Origin: Candidatus Aenigmatarchaeota archaeon
Lineage (GTDB): Archaea; Aenigmatarchaeota; Aenigmatarchaeia; CG10238-14; SCSR01
Direction: 5' to 3'
Length of the DNA stretch: 43,373 bases
Assembly (NCBI GenBank): GCA_030018055.1
Contig: JASEGN010000002.1
Coordinates: forward strand, 1 to 43,373
Under the pieces are notes generated by a model. The model did not search any database. It was not told the DNA's origin and worked only from the letters and a program-made list of their open reading frames with translations. Below are positions 36,217 through 43,373 of this stretch, piece by piece (positions within the stretch are counted from its first letter, which is position 1; each line of letters starts with the position of its first letter). A program made the translations under genes and the position numbers.

Positions 36217-36316
36217 ACTCAAGGTCTGAAAAAAAGATGATGTATATAAATACTTAAGATTAATAGTACAAACAAATTGCCGGGTAAAAAGACTCAAGGT
36301 CTGATAAGAATGATGA
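36217..36316 (+). ncRNA. two tandem C/D-box-like modules (guide-CUGA-spacer-AUGAUG[U/A]) upstream of tRNA-Ser
   Basis: The perfect 13-mer ACTCAAGGTCTGA occurs at 36217-36229 and 36292-36304. Each copy is followed after 7 or 5 nt by ATGATGT (36237-43) or ATGATGA (36310-16). The guide is complementary to the tRNA-Ser anticodon loop. The full sRNA architecture is unresolved. Confidence 0.35.
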
Positions 36317-36331
36317 ATAAACTGCCGGGAT

Positions 36332-36345
36332 TATTTATGACCGAT
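36332..36345 (+). other. tRNA-Ser intron 1 (14 nt, acceptor/D junction)
   Basis: Outer helix CUGC/GCAG (4 bp, using 2 leader nt). Central helix CGG(G)/(A)CCG (3 bp plus G-A). Bulges are AUU and AUG. Cutting after the 2nd bulge nucleotide yields GCCGGGAU|GGCAG. Confidence 0.55.
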
Positions 36346-36375
36346 GGCAGAATCAGGTAATGCGCCAGCCTTGAG

Positions 36376-36386
36376 TTCAAAAGGAA
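36376..36386 (+). other. tRNA-Ser intron 2 (11 nt, canonical 37/38 position)
   Basis: The anticodon stem (5 bp) serves as the outer helix. The central helix is CUU(G)/(A)AGG (3 bp including G-U, plus G-A). Bulges are AGU and AAA. Removal gives the 7-nt loop CUUGAGA. Confidence 0.6.
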
Positions 36387-36436
36387 AGCTGGTGTCCCTT
36401 TGGGACGTCTGGGTTCAAATCCCAGTCCCGGCGTCC

Positions 36437-37270
36437 TTACTCAAGTTTTGATCTTACATTTTGAGATGGTTTGATAACTACCTTATCGTAACCTTTAACA
36501 TCTAAAACTCGAGAAGCATTCCCTTGATTCACCGAAACTTCAAGAAAGTCGCTGCCCCCAATTATGGCAAGTGGCGTGTTTAGAGGAGCTTCACCATAGG
36601 CTGAACAGAGTCTCAAAGTCAAATCCCTATCTTTCAATTTAAGAATAAGATTTTTCCCTTCTTCTATTCCAATTTCTCTGAGGTCCCTCAAGCTAATGTT
36701 TGTGATTATGTTGCCAAAATTATCTATGTGAATGACCTCACCCTGTATTTCTTCTTTTCGAATTTTTGGTTTTGTGAAGCTGGGAATTACAGGGTCTTGT
36801 ATCTTTGGGCCAAAATTGGATGGAAGAGCTCCTTTAGCTAAATATGCCGCAACAGGACTGAAGATGTCACGTCCGTGGAAAGTCCTCGAAACATCTTTGA
36901 GCATGTATTTTGGGTTAGTGATTTCGTAGATGTGGTTTATTCCTTCCCTTTGTGCTGAAAGTATCAAAAGCCCATTATCCGGCCCAACGTAAAAGCTACG
37001 TTTCGTCTCGACTATCATTGGCCTTCTTTTCGCTCCAACCCCAGGGTCTACCACCGCAACATGGATTGTTCCCTTCGGAAAGTACAGTGCTGCTTGAGCA
37101 AGAATAAAGGCTCCAAGTCGCACATCGAATTTTGTTATCTCATGATTTATATCAACAATCGTTGCTTTTGGGTATATAGAAAGTATTACTGCCTTCATCT
37201 CAGCTACATAAGGGTCCTTTAGACCAAAATCTGAGAGTAATGTAATAATAGATGATTTACGCATTCTCAT
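36437..37270 (-). CDS. SAM hydroxide adenosyltransferase / SAM hydrolase family (DUF62)
   Basis: 277-aa ORF. ..ITLLSDFGLKDPYVAEMKAVI.. and ..VAVVDPGVG.. are typical of DUF62. Confidence 0.8.
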   Translation of the reverse strand: MRMRKSSIITLLSDFGLKDPYVAEMKAVILSIYPKATIVDINHEITKFDVRLGAFILAQAALYFPKGTIHVAVVDPGVGAKRRPMIVETKRSFYVGPDNGLLILSAQREGINHIYEITNPKYMLKDVSRTFHGRDIFSPVAAYLAKGALPSNFGPKIQDPVIPSFTKPKIRKEEIQGEVIHIDNFGNIITNISLRDLREIGIEEGKNLILKLKDRDLTLRLCSAYGEAPLNTPLAIIGGSDFLEVSVNQGNASRVLDVKGYDKVVIKPSQNVRSKLE

Positions 37271-37303
37271 TACTATTAAGGATTAGTTGTAAAAATTTAT
37301 ATT

Positions 37304-38302
37304 ATGGTTGACATCGTTACAGCATTAATGAATCCAAAATCCTACGATGAGCCTACCAAAAAAATAAGACTTATGCAAACTCACATATCCTGGATATTTT
37401 TAACTGGTAGGTACGCGTATAAGGTAAAAAAACCAGTTAATTTTGGTTTTTGCAATTTTTCAACCTTAGCAAAACGAAAGTTTTTCTGCTACAAAGAGTT
37501 AAAAATCAACAGACAGTTTTCAGATATGTATTTAGAAGTAGTTCCAATAAATCAGTTCAACAACGACATAAAAATCAAAGGTAAGGGGAAAACAATTGAG
37601 TATGCTGTAAAAATGAGAGAATTGCCCCAGGAAAGGATGATGTGTAAACTTCTCGAAAAGAATAGGGTCAGAAAACAAACTATAGAAGAAATAGCTAAAA
37701 TTGTTTCAGAATTTCATTTGAAATTGAAACAGAATAGGAGAACAAAAAAATATGGTTCTCCAAGAATAATTCGCTATAATTTTGATGAAAATTTTAATCT
37801 AGTTAAAAAATTTATCGGCATCACAATAGATAGAAAAAAATTTGATTTCATCAAAGGAAAGGTATATGATTTTCTAGAACACAACAAAAAGCTATTTAAA
37901 GAAAGAATCATCGATGGGAAGATAAAAGATTGTCATGGTGATCTGCATTCTGAAAATATTTTCCTCTCAGACAAAATTTATATTTTTGATGCCATAGAGT
38001 TTAACGATAGGCTAAAATGTGGTGATGTGGCAAAGGATGTTGCATTTTTTCTCATGGATCTTGATTTTCACAAAAAGCATGGGTTAGTAGAAATTTTCCT
38101 CAAAAAATATCTTGCTCATACAAAAGATAAAGAAATGTTGAGGTTGTTACCCCTTTATAAATGTTACTATGCTTATGTTAGGGGAAAAATAAATAGTCTT
38201 AAATCTGCTGATGAAAGAGTTAGTGTAGAAGAAAAGCAAGAATCAATTAAACTTGCAAAAAAATATTTCGATCTAGCTTTTAATTATGCCAAGAGACTTT
38301 AA
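37304..38302 (+). CDS. APH-like phosphotransferase/kinase family protein
   Basis: 332-aa ORF. ..CHGDLHSENIF...IFDAIEFND.. matches the kinase catalytic HxDxxxxN and DxxE/D motifs. Confidence 0.6.
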   Translation: MVDIVTALMNPKSYDEPTKKIRLMQTHISWIFLTGRYAYKVKKPVNFGFCNFSTLAKRKFFCYKELKINRQFSDMYLEVVPINQFNNDIKIKGKGKTIEYAVKMRELPQERMMCKLLEKNRVRKQTIEEIAKIVSEFHLKLKQNRRTKKYGSPRIIRYNFDENFNLVKKFIGITIDRKKFDFIKGKVYDFLEHNKKLFKERIIDGKIKDCHGDLHSENIFLSDKIYIFDAIEFNDRLKCGDVAKDVAFFLMDLDFHKKHGLVEIFLKKYLAHTKDKEMLRLLPLYKCYYAYVRGKINSLKSADERVSVEEKQESIKLAKKYFDLAFNYAKRL

Positions 38303-38779
38303 TTCTTCTTCTAATCTCATGGCAGCAGTATTTGTTCCTTTGCTAGTATCAATTACCAGATGCTTAAATTTTATTGGTTCATATTCTTCCTTCAGTTTCA
38401 AATGCATTCGATAGTCTGCATCAGATAGTTTCCTTTTCTTACCGGCAATTCTCTGGAGAATAGTTTTTTCATTGCAAACAAATTCTATGAAATAGATTGG
38501 AACTTTATTTCTTTTAGCTACCTCTTTTATAGCATTCCTATACTGTTCTTTAGTAAACGTAGCATCCAGAATACATATATTGATTTTTGATAAATATTCT
38601 GCGAGTAGACACATAGCTTTGTATACTAGTTCTTTCTCCCAGTCTTGATACGTTGGCTTTTTAAAGAGTTTTTTTCTTATGTAATCCGTGCTGATTACTA
38701 CTCCACCTAATTTTTTTGCTACGATGTTTGCAACGGTAGTTTTACCTGTTCCTGGTAAGCCACAGAATACGAGCAACAT
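38273..38779 (-). CDS. P-loop (AAA_33-like) kinase
   Basis: 168-aa ORF with Walker A GLPGTGKTT. It is convergent with the APH-like gene and overlaps it by 30 nt. Confidence 0.6.
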   Translation of the reverse strand: MLLVFCGLPGTGKTTVANIVAKKLGGVVISTDYIRKKLFKKPTYQDWEKELVYKAMCLLAEYLSKINICILDATFTKEQYRNAIKEVAKRNKVPIYFIEFVCNEKTILQRIAGKKRKLSDADYRMHLKLKEEYEPIKFKHLVIDTSKGTNTAAMRLEEELKSLGIIKS

Positions 38780-38890
38780 ATTATCTAATTTGTAAAAAAG
38801 AAATTAAAGAGTTATAATTATAAAATTTTGTTCTTTTCTATGGTTAAGAAGATAAATCTAGGTTATAAAAATATATAGGAGGATCTTTAG

Positions 38891-39592
38891 ATGAAAAATA
38901 AAATATTTTATGGAATTCTCGTAACTTGTATACTGATTATTGTTGGGGTTGGATTTTTTATGCTAATCAAACCTGCTCCCATGCCAATTCTAGTAACGAA
39001 ACCAATTTTAAACTACAATGTTGGTGGCTGTGAGAAACAAGAGGAAAGGGAATATATAAGAGCTAGAGGTGTAGAAGAAAGAGTAGATGTTGAGGTGGTT
39101 GATGGATTTATCAATTTAATTCATCATCTTAATTACGTCTGTTGTGCCAACATGAAAGTCTACTTAGATTCTTCAGAAAGTTTTCCCGAGTATACTCTCA
39201 TAAAAATAAAAGAGAAAAATGAGGGTGAGATGTGTAGGTGTATTTGTGATTATGAAATTAGCATAAAGATTGGGCCACTTGAAAAAGGAAAATATCTAAT
39301 TCAAATTTGGGGTGTTGAGTTTGAGAATATGTCAGCAGAGCTTCTTTGGGAGAAAGAACTAGAGATGAAAGAAGTTACAACTTTACCTCTTAGGGAAGAG
39401 TTTTGTGGTTGGTCTACTAACGGAAGGTGCTTAACTGATTTTGACTGCGTGAAAGGAGGTTGTTCTGGGCAAGTTTGTCAATCTAAATATGAAGAACCGG
39501 TAATTACAATCTGCGAATGGAGAGATTGCTATAATGCAATAGCATATGGGCTAGAATGTAAGTGTATAAACCAACAATGTCAATGGGCTTAA
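38891..39592 (+). CDS. membrane-anchored cysteine-rich protein with C-terminal eight-cysteine-type domain
   Basis: 233-aa ORF with an N-terminal TM segment. The C-terminus CGWSTNGRCLTDFDCVKGGCSGQVCQ...CEWRDCY..CKCINQQCQW is Cys-rich. Confidence 0.55.
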   Translation: MKNKIFYGILVTCILIIVGVGFFMLIKPAPMPILVTKPILNYNVGGCEKQEEREYIRARGVEERVDVEVVDGFINLIHHLNYVCCANMKVYLDSSESFPEYTLIKIKEKNEGEMCRCICDYEISIKIGPLEKGKYLIQIWGVEFENMSAELLWEKELEMKEVTTLPLREEFCGWSTNGRCLTDFDCVKGGCSGQVCQSKYEEPVITICEWRDCYNAIAYGLECKCINQQCQWA

Positions 39593-40236
39593 ACCTTGGA
39601 TGTAGACTCTCCATAAAATTTTACTACATGTGGTTTACTAGCCATTACTTCTAACCTAGCCAATCCTTTTGCATTATGCCCAGTTTTTTCTTTAATCTCA
39701 TCTATACCATTTCCTCGTTCATAAACTGAGCCTATACCAACTATAGAGTACCTACGCTTTTCCAAATCTTTTGTTACACCTATTAGAGTACCTCCAGATG
39801 AAATTATATCCTCAACTATGAGAAGCTTGTCATCTTCCCTGAGTTGCCAAGCACCATAAAGTTTATCTCTCCCGTAGGCCTTTGTCTGTTCTATTTCTAT
39901 TTGATGAGGAATTTTATAATCTCTTTTCCTTATAACAACAAGATCTTTTCCATATCTTTGCGCAAGCCATGAAGCAGGAATGAAGCCTTTAGCCTCTATA
40001 GCTAAAATTTTATTAGCTTCACTTAACTCCTTTTCCAACATCCAGCTCATACCCTCTATTGTGGCATCAATAAATTCAAATGGTACTATTGACTCAAATG
40101 GTAGTATAACATAAGGATATGGCTCACCTTGAGGTGTAGAAAATGTTGTCATTTCGCACCTCTCTGTTACTTCTTTTATTATCCTTTTCCAGTCAATTTT
40201 TGGTCTCACGTTTAAAGTAAGTATTTTAAAATTCAA
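39589..40236 (-). CDS. phosphoribosyltransferase (purine PRT-like)
   Basis: 215-aa ORF with the PRPP-binding motif LLIVEDIISSGGT. Confidence 0.6.
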   Translation of the reverse strand: MNFKILTLNVRPKIDWKRIIKEVTERCEMTTFSTPQGEPYPYVILPFESIVPFEFIDATIEGMSWMLEKELSEANKILAIEAKGFIPASWLAQRYGKDLVVIRKRDYKIPHQIEIEQTKAYGRDKLYGAWQLREDDKLLIVEDIISSGGTLIGVTKDLEKRRYSIVGIGSVYERGNGIDEIKEKTGHNAKGLARLEVMASKPHVVKFYGESTSKV

Positions 40237-40247
40237 ATTAATTGTTG

Positions 40248-40853
40248 TTATTGCACACCAATACTTTCTAATGTATCAACGACCTTTAGCAAATCTTTTT
40301 TATTGAAAACAAAGGTACCTACATCACCATGGCATGAGTACATTTTGAGTATGTTAATACCCCTTTCAGCAAAAGCGGAGCAGACATACGCCACAACACC
40401 AGGAATCATCTCAGTACTAGTAGAACTTATTATTCTAACTTCTACTACATTTTTCATCTTAGGTTCTAAATCTAAGTTGTGATCAGTTATTACTTCTACT
40501 TTATCAATTCCAGTAATAAGATGAAAATGCTTAATATCTTTAAGCATTTCTCCATCTAAAGATTTCATCGTGTATACATTAACACCTGTCCTTATTTCTA
40601 ATTTGCTATTTTTGAGAATCTCTATAATTTTTTTATCATCTTCTATTGATTTAATTTGTTTTTGATAACGTCTTATAGCCACAAGTATAGCATCGAAATT
40701 TTTAATACCAGTATCTTTTTGAATCTTTCTGGAGAGTGACGAAAAGTTGATTAAATCTTTTTTAAGCCCATAAATAATAAAGGGATGGTTTTTTATCCAT
40801 CTAAATGTTTGTTCGGCAATTGAAGATTTTTCTGCCTCTTTTTTTATTTTCAT
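40248..40853 (-). CDS. ACT-domain protein with N-terminal HTH-like region
   Basis: 201-aa ORF. The C-terminal ..GVVAYVCSAFAERGINILKMYS.. is ACT-like. Confidence 0.45.
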   Translation of the reverse strand: MKIKKEAEKSSIAEQTFRWIKNHPFIIYGLKKDLINFSSLSRKIQKDTGIKNFDAILVAIRRYQKQIKSIEDDKKIIEILKNSKLEIRTGVNVYTMKSLDGEMLKDIKHFHLITGIDKVEVITDHNLDLEPKMKNVVEVRIISSTSTEMIPGVVAYVCSAFAERGINILKMYSCHGDVGTFVFNKKDLLKVVDTLESIGVQ

Positions 40854-40939
40854 GTTTAATATATGTCAAAAAAGTTTTAAATATGTTTAATTTTGAACAT
40901 TAAATATTTAATTTTAAAACCCTAATATCAAGATGTGAT

Positions 40940-41419
40940 ATGGTGATTAGGAATGCAAAGGTATGTGATGTGCCAGAGATACATAAGCTTGTTAATTCAT
41001 TTGCTGACAGAGGCGAGATGCTCCATCGCCCTTTTAGTGAAATTTATGAAAACTTGAGAGACTTTTTTGTAGTGCGAAAAGATGGCGAAATCATCGGTTG
41101 TTGTGCTCTTCACCTATTTTGGTCTGACCTTGCCGAAATAAGAGCTCTAGCAGTAAAGGAAAGATACCAGAACAATGGTTGGGGAAGTTCCTTAGTAAAC
41201 GCATGTATTAAAGAAGCTAAAAGATTAAGTGTTACAAATATCTTCTGTCTTACTTATAAACCGGCATTCTTTAAAAGATTTGGTTTTAAAGTAATCGATA
41301 GAATGAAATTACCCAGAAAAATATGGGGTGAATGTCAACGATGCTACAAATTCCCAAATTGTAATGAAACGGCTATGATTTTAAGATTAACCAAGAATCC
41401 TGGTAAAAATAAAAGCTAA
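40940..41419 (+). CDS. GNAT N-acetyltransferase (N-acetylglutamate synthase-like)
   Basis: 159-aa ORF. ..IRALAVKERYQNNGWGSSLV.. is the acetyl-CoA binding motif (Q/RxxGxG/A). Confidence 0.75.
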   Translation: MVIRNAKVCDVPEIHKLVNSFADRGEMLHRPFSEIYENLRDFFVVRKDGEIIGCCALHLFWSDLAEIRALAVKERYQNNGWGSSLVNACIKEAKRLSVTNIFCLTYKPAFFKRFGFKVIDRMKLPRKIWGECQRCYKFPNCNETAMILRLTKNPGKNKS

Positions 41420-41435
41420 CACTTAAAAGTTTATA

Positions 41436-42686
41436 TTATATTAAACGCTTTTTTACCTTTAATATTTTTCTGTAAAGGGTCAAGAAGTCTGTAACCCTTC
41501 GTGATAGAGAATATTTCTTCAGAACAAGTTCTCTCCCATTTTTACCATATACTTCAGCTTTTTCCATATTTTCGATTAATTTTTTCAAGGCTTGAAATAG
41601 AGCAAAGGGTGAACGTGATTCTACAAGTAATCCTGTACGATTATGTTTTATTACTTCTGGTGCAGCACCCGATATAGCACCAACAACTGGTTTACCACTT
41701 GCCATACCCTCTACATAAACCAATCCAAATGGCTCACGAGAAGATGGCAAAACTACTATGTCCGAAAGAGAATATAGAGCAGGCATCATTGCTTGATCTA
41801 TATTTTCGTCTGGTATTCTTATTTTATTCTCTACTTCCAAAACCTCTGCCATTTCCCATAATTTTTTCTTAGCTTCTTTGCTCTCTTTTGGCATAGCATC
41901 GTCCTCAACAGCTGTCAAAATTGCTATAAAATCCTTCTCTGTTGAAAGATGTGATAGTGCGTGAATCATCGTATCGAAATTTTTTCTCTCATCAATTTTA
42001 CCATCTCTACCTACAAGCCTTGATGGCATGAGGATTATTCTTTTCTCTAGATCAAGTTTAAGCTCATCTATTAACCTTTCCCTCTCCCTTTCAGAATGAA
42101 TCCCAGGTTTGAATTTCTCCACATCAACAAAATTTGGTATAGTTTTTATTTTTTCTGGAGGAACGCCAATCTCATAAACATGTTTTGCAACCCATCTGCT
42201 AACTGGAATTATATAATCCCAGTTAAAAATTTTTAACACAAACTCGTGTGCAGGCTTATCTGGTGGACAATGTTGATGAAGTAGAATGGGTATGCGTGTG
42301 CGAATTCTCACAGATTGTAAAATTCCAGCAATAGGTAGAGCACTTACGTAGATCATATGTGAATGTATTATATCTATTTTATTTCTCTCCAAATAATCTA
42401 TAAAGTAGTTATAAAATTCTGTATCATCTGTATGGTAAGTTTCCCTACCTCTGTGGGATAATAATCTTGTTCTGGTAACGTGAATACCTTCCTCAACAGC
42501 TTCTTCTCTCCTTTTAGGATGTGAGCCTGTTAAAATATGAATGTTTATTTTATTTCCTACTAATTCTTTCGATAACTCATAAATTAAGGTCTCCATACCA
42601 CCATAGTAAGGAAGATAAAATGGAGTTAACATGCATATGTTCAATCCTTCCAACTTTTTTGTAGAGGAACCAATGGGTTTAGGCAT
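41436..42686 (-). CDS. glycosyltransferase family 4 (GT-B)
   Basis: 416-aa ORF. ..PSSREPFGLVYVEGMASGKPVV.. is the typical EX7E region. Confidence 0.8.
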   Translation of the reverse strand: MPKPIGSSTKKLEGLNICMLTPFYLPYYGGMETLIYELSKELVGNKINIHILTGSHPKRREEAVEEGIHVTRTRLLSHRGRETYHTDDTEFYNYFIDYLERNKIDIIHSHMIYVSALPIAGILQSVRIRTRIPILLHQHCPPDKPAHEFVLKIFNWDYIIPVSRWVAKHVYEIGVPPEKIKTIPNFVDVEKFKPGIHSERERERLIDELKLDLEKRIILMPSRLVGRDGKIDERKNFDTMIHALSHLSTEKDFIAILTAVEDDAMPKESKEAKKKLWEMAEVLEVENKIRIPDENIDQAMMPALYSLSDIVVLPSSREPFGLVYVEGMASGKPVVGAISGAAPEVIKHNRTGLLVESRSPFALFQALKKLIENMEKAEVYGKNGRELVLKKYSLSRRVTDFLTLYRKILKVKKRLI

Positions 42687-42890
42687 ATTTTTTCACTTAT
42701 ATATTAGAGGGTAAATTTAAGTTTTTTCCATAATCTTCTCATTTAGAAATTAGGATTAGCGCTGGACTTAATTATGTGGTGCGCCTATATTATTCTTATA
42801 AACTCCTATAGTTTCTTTACGCTCCTTTCCAATAGAACTGACTAACTTTGCTTAATTTCCCTTCTTTACTAAATATTCTTAAATTCAACT

Positions 42891-43373
42891 ATGAACAAAG
42901 TTTTAATTTTTGCCTTGATTTTTGGTATTCTTTTAGGTACTCTAACAGGCGTAATTATTTCCAAACTTTTTCCAGGCATGGCACCTTACTTCAAAAAAGA
43001 ATTGCCGATTACAACTATGATTTTAATATTCCTCCTTAATTCCTTCCTTGCAACTTTGATATGTTATGGTGGAATCCTATTTTCCCTAGCTGAAGTAAGG
43101 GTATACAAATTCTCTATCTACAGAGCCCTAGATGTTGTATTTGACCCTCTCTACAATTTGTTAAGCAAAATTTCTGAGGATATGAAAAGACTTAAACCTA
43201 TGTATAGAAGCTGTTATCTTTCCATTTCCTATTTTCCCATAGGTTGTATTTTTTTGTTTGCAGTAATTATCTCCACCTATTTTTCAATATTTCTAAGTAT
43301 ACTGGGGTTTTCCATTCTATCAACTTTACTCAAACTGTTACCGCACTTAACATTAGAAACGCTTGCATTTTTG
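42891..43373 (+). CDS. polytopic membrane protein (SpoIIM/DUF95-like?), 3' end cut by window edge
   Basis: My own translation from the ATG at 42891 gives MNKVLIFALIFGILLGTLTGVIISKLF...LLPHLTLETLAFL. It is open to the window end (161 codons) with several hydrophobic segments. Confidence 0.5.
   Translation, partial: MNKVLIFALIFGILLGTLTGVIISKLFPGMAPYFKKELPITTMILIFLLNSFLATLICYGGILFSLAEVRVYKFSIYRALDVVFDPLYNLLSKISEDMKRLKPMYRSCYLSISYFPIGCIFLFAVIISTYFSIFLSILGFSILSTLLKLLPHLTLETLAFL

Larger units (their letters stand above)
36324..36433 (+). tRNA. tRNA-Ser (anticodon UGA) with two mini-introns (14 nt after position 8; 11 nt at 37/38)
   Basis: GCCGGGAU[14 nt]G GCAG AAUCAGGUAA UGC G CCAGC CUUGAG[11 nt]A GCUGG, then a long variable arm UGUCCCUUUGGGACGU, then CUGGG UUCAAAU CCCAG UCCCGGC G. 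It has a 7-bp acceptor, G73, a class II variable arm and a good T-arm. The mature length is 85 nt. Confidence 0.8.

Noticed and set aside
36279-36285. Upstream GCCGGGT as the true tRNA-Ser 5' end, or an att-type duplication from an integrated element
   Set aside because: Position 7 would mismatch the acceptor 3' strand (U-U). The duplicated stretch is only 6-7 nt, and no integrase or element genes flank the tRNA.
38273-38302. APH-like kinase and P-loop kinase as a split version of the bacterial fused bifunctional protein
   Set aside because: The genes are convergent (3' ends overlap by 30 nt), so they cannot be a split fusion or an operon. The association may be coincidental.
1-43373. CRISPR arrays, IS elements/transposases, rRNA genes, defence islands
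   Set aside because: I saw no regularly spaced direct repeats, no transposase- or integrase-like ORFs and no rRNA-like sequence. The only mobile elements supported are the two inteins.

Overview
This is an AT-rich archaeal chromosome segment. Compact, overlapping genes, a split rpoB and tiny tRNA introns suggest a small-genome, DPANN-like archaeon (inference). The core is the conserved information-processing cluster on the minus strand: rpoH, rpoB'', one fused rpoB'-rpoA' ORF, rpoA'' (with an intein), eL30, NusA, uS12, uS7, two small wHTH genes, then aEF-2. Flanking genes include a partial purine/C1 module (glyA, a PurN-like formyltransferase, a frameshifted PfkB kinase, purD, a purB-like lyase). 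Others are an intein-containing aRF1, ValRS, TrmY, Trm112, a HisG-like gene, an Asp/Glu racemase, TatD, a PAP2-dolichol kinase fusion, a GT4 glycosyltransferase and several hypotheticals. There are two tRNA genes, Ala-UGC and Ser-UGA. The main finding is that the aEF-2 gene looks N-terminally truncated only because its 5' region holds three short insertions of 31, 23 and 31 nt. Each folds into a bulge-helix-bulge (BHB) splicing motif. Removing them with one fixed cleavage rule restores the frame, the GKT P-loop and a 729-aa aEF-2, so this looks like a protein-coding gene with three archaeal endonuclease-type mRNA introns. Both tRNAs also carry mini-introns (12 nt; 14 and 11 nt) with BHB-like geometry. 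Two C/D-box-like modules upstream of tRNA-Ser are complementary to its anticodon loop. No CRISPR array, IS element or rRNA was seen.
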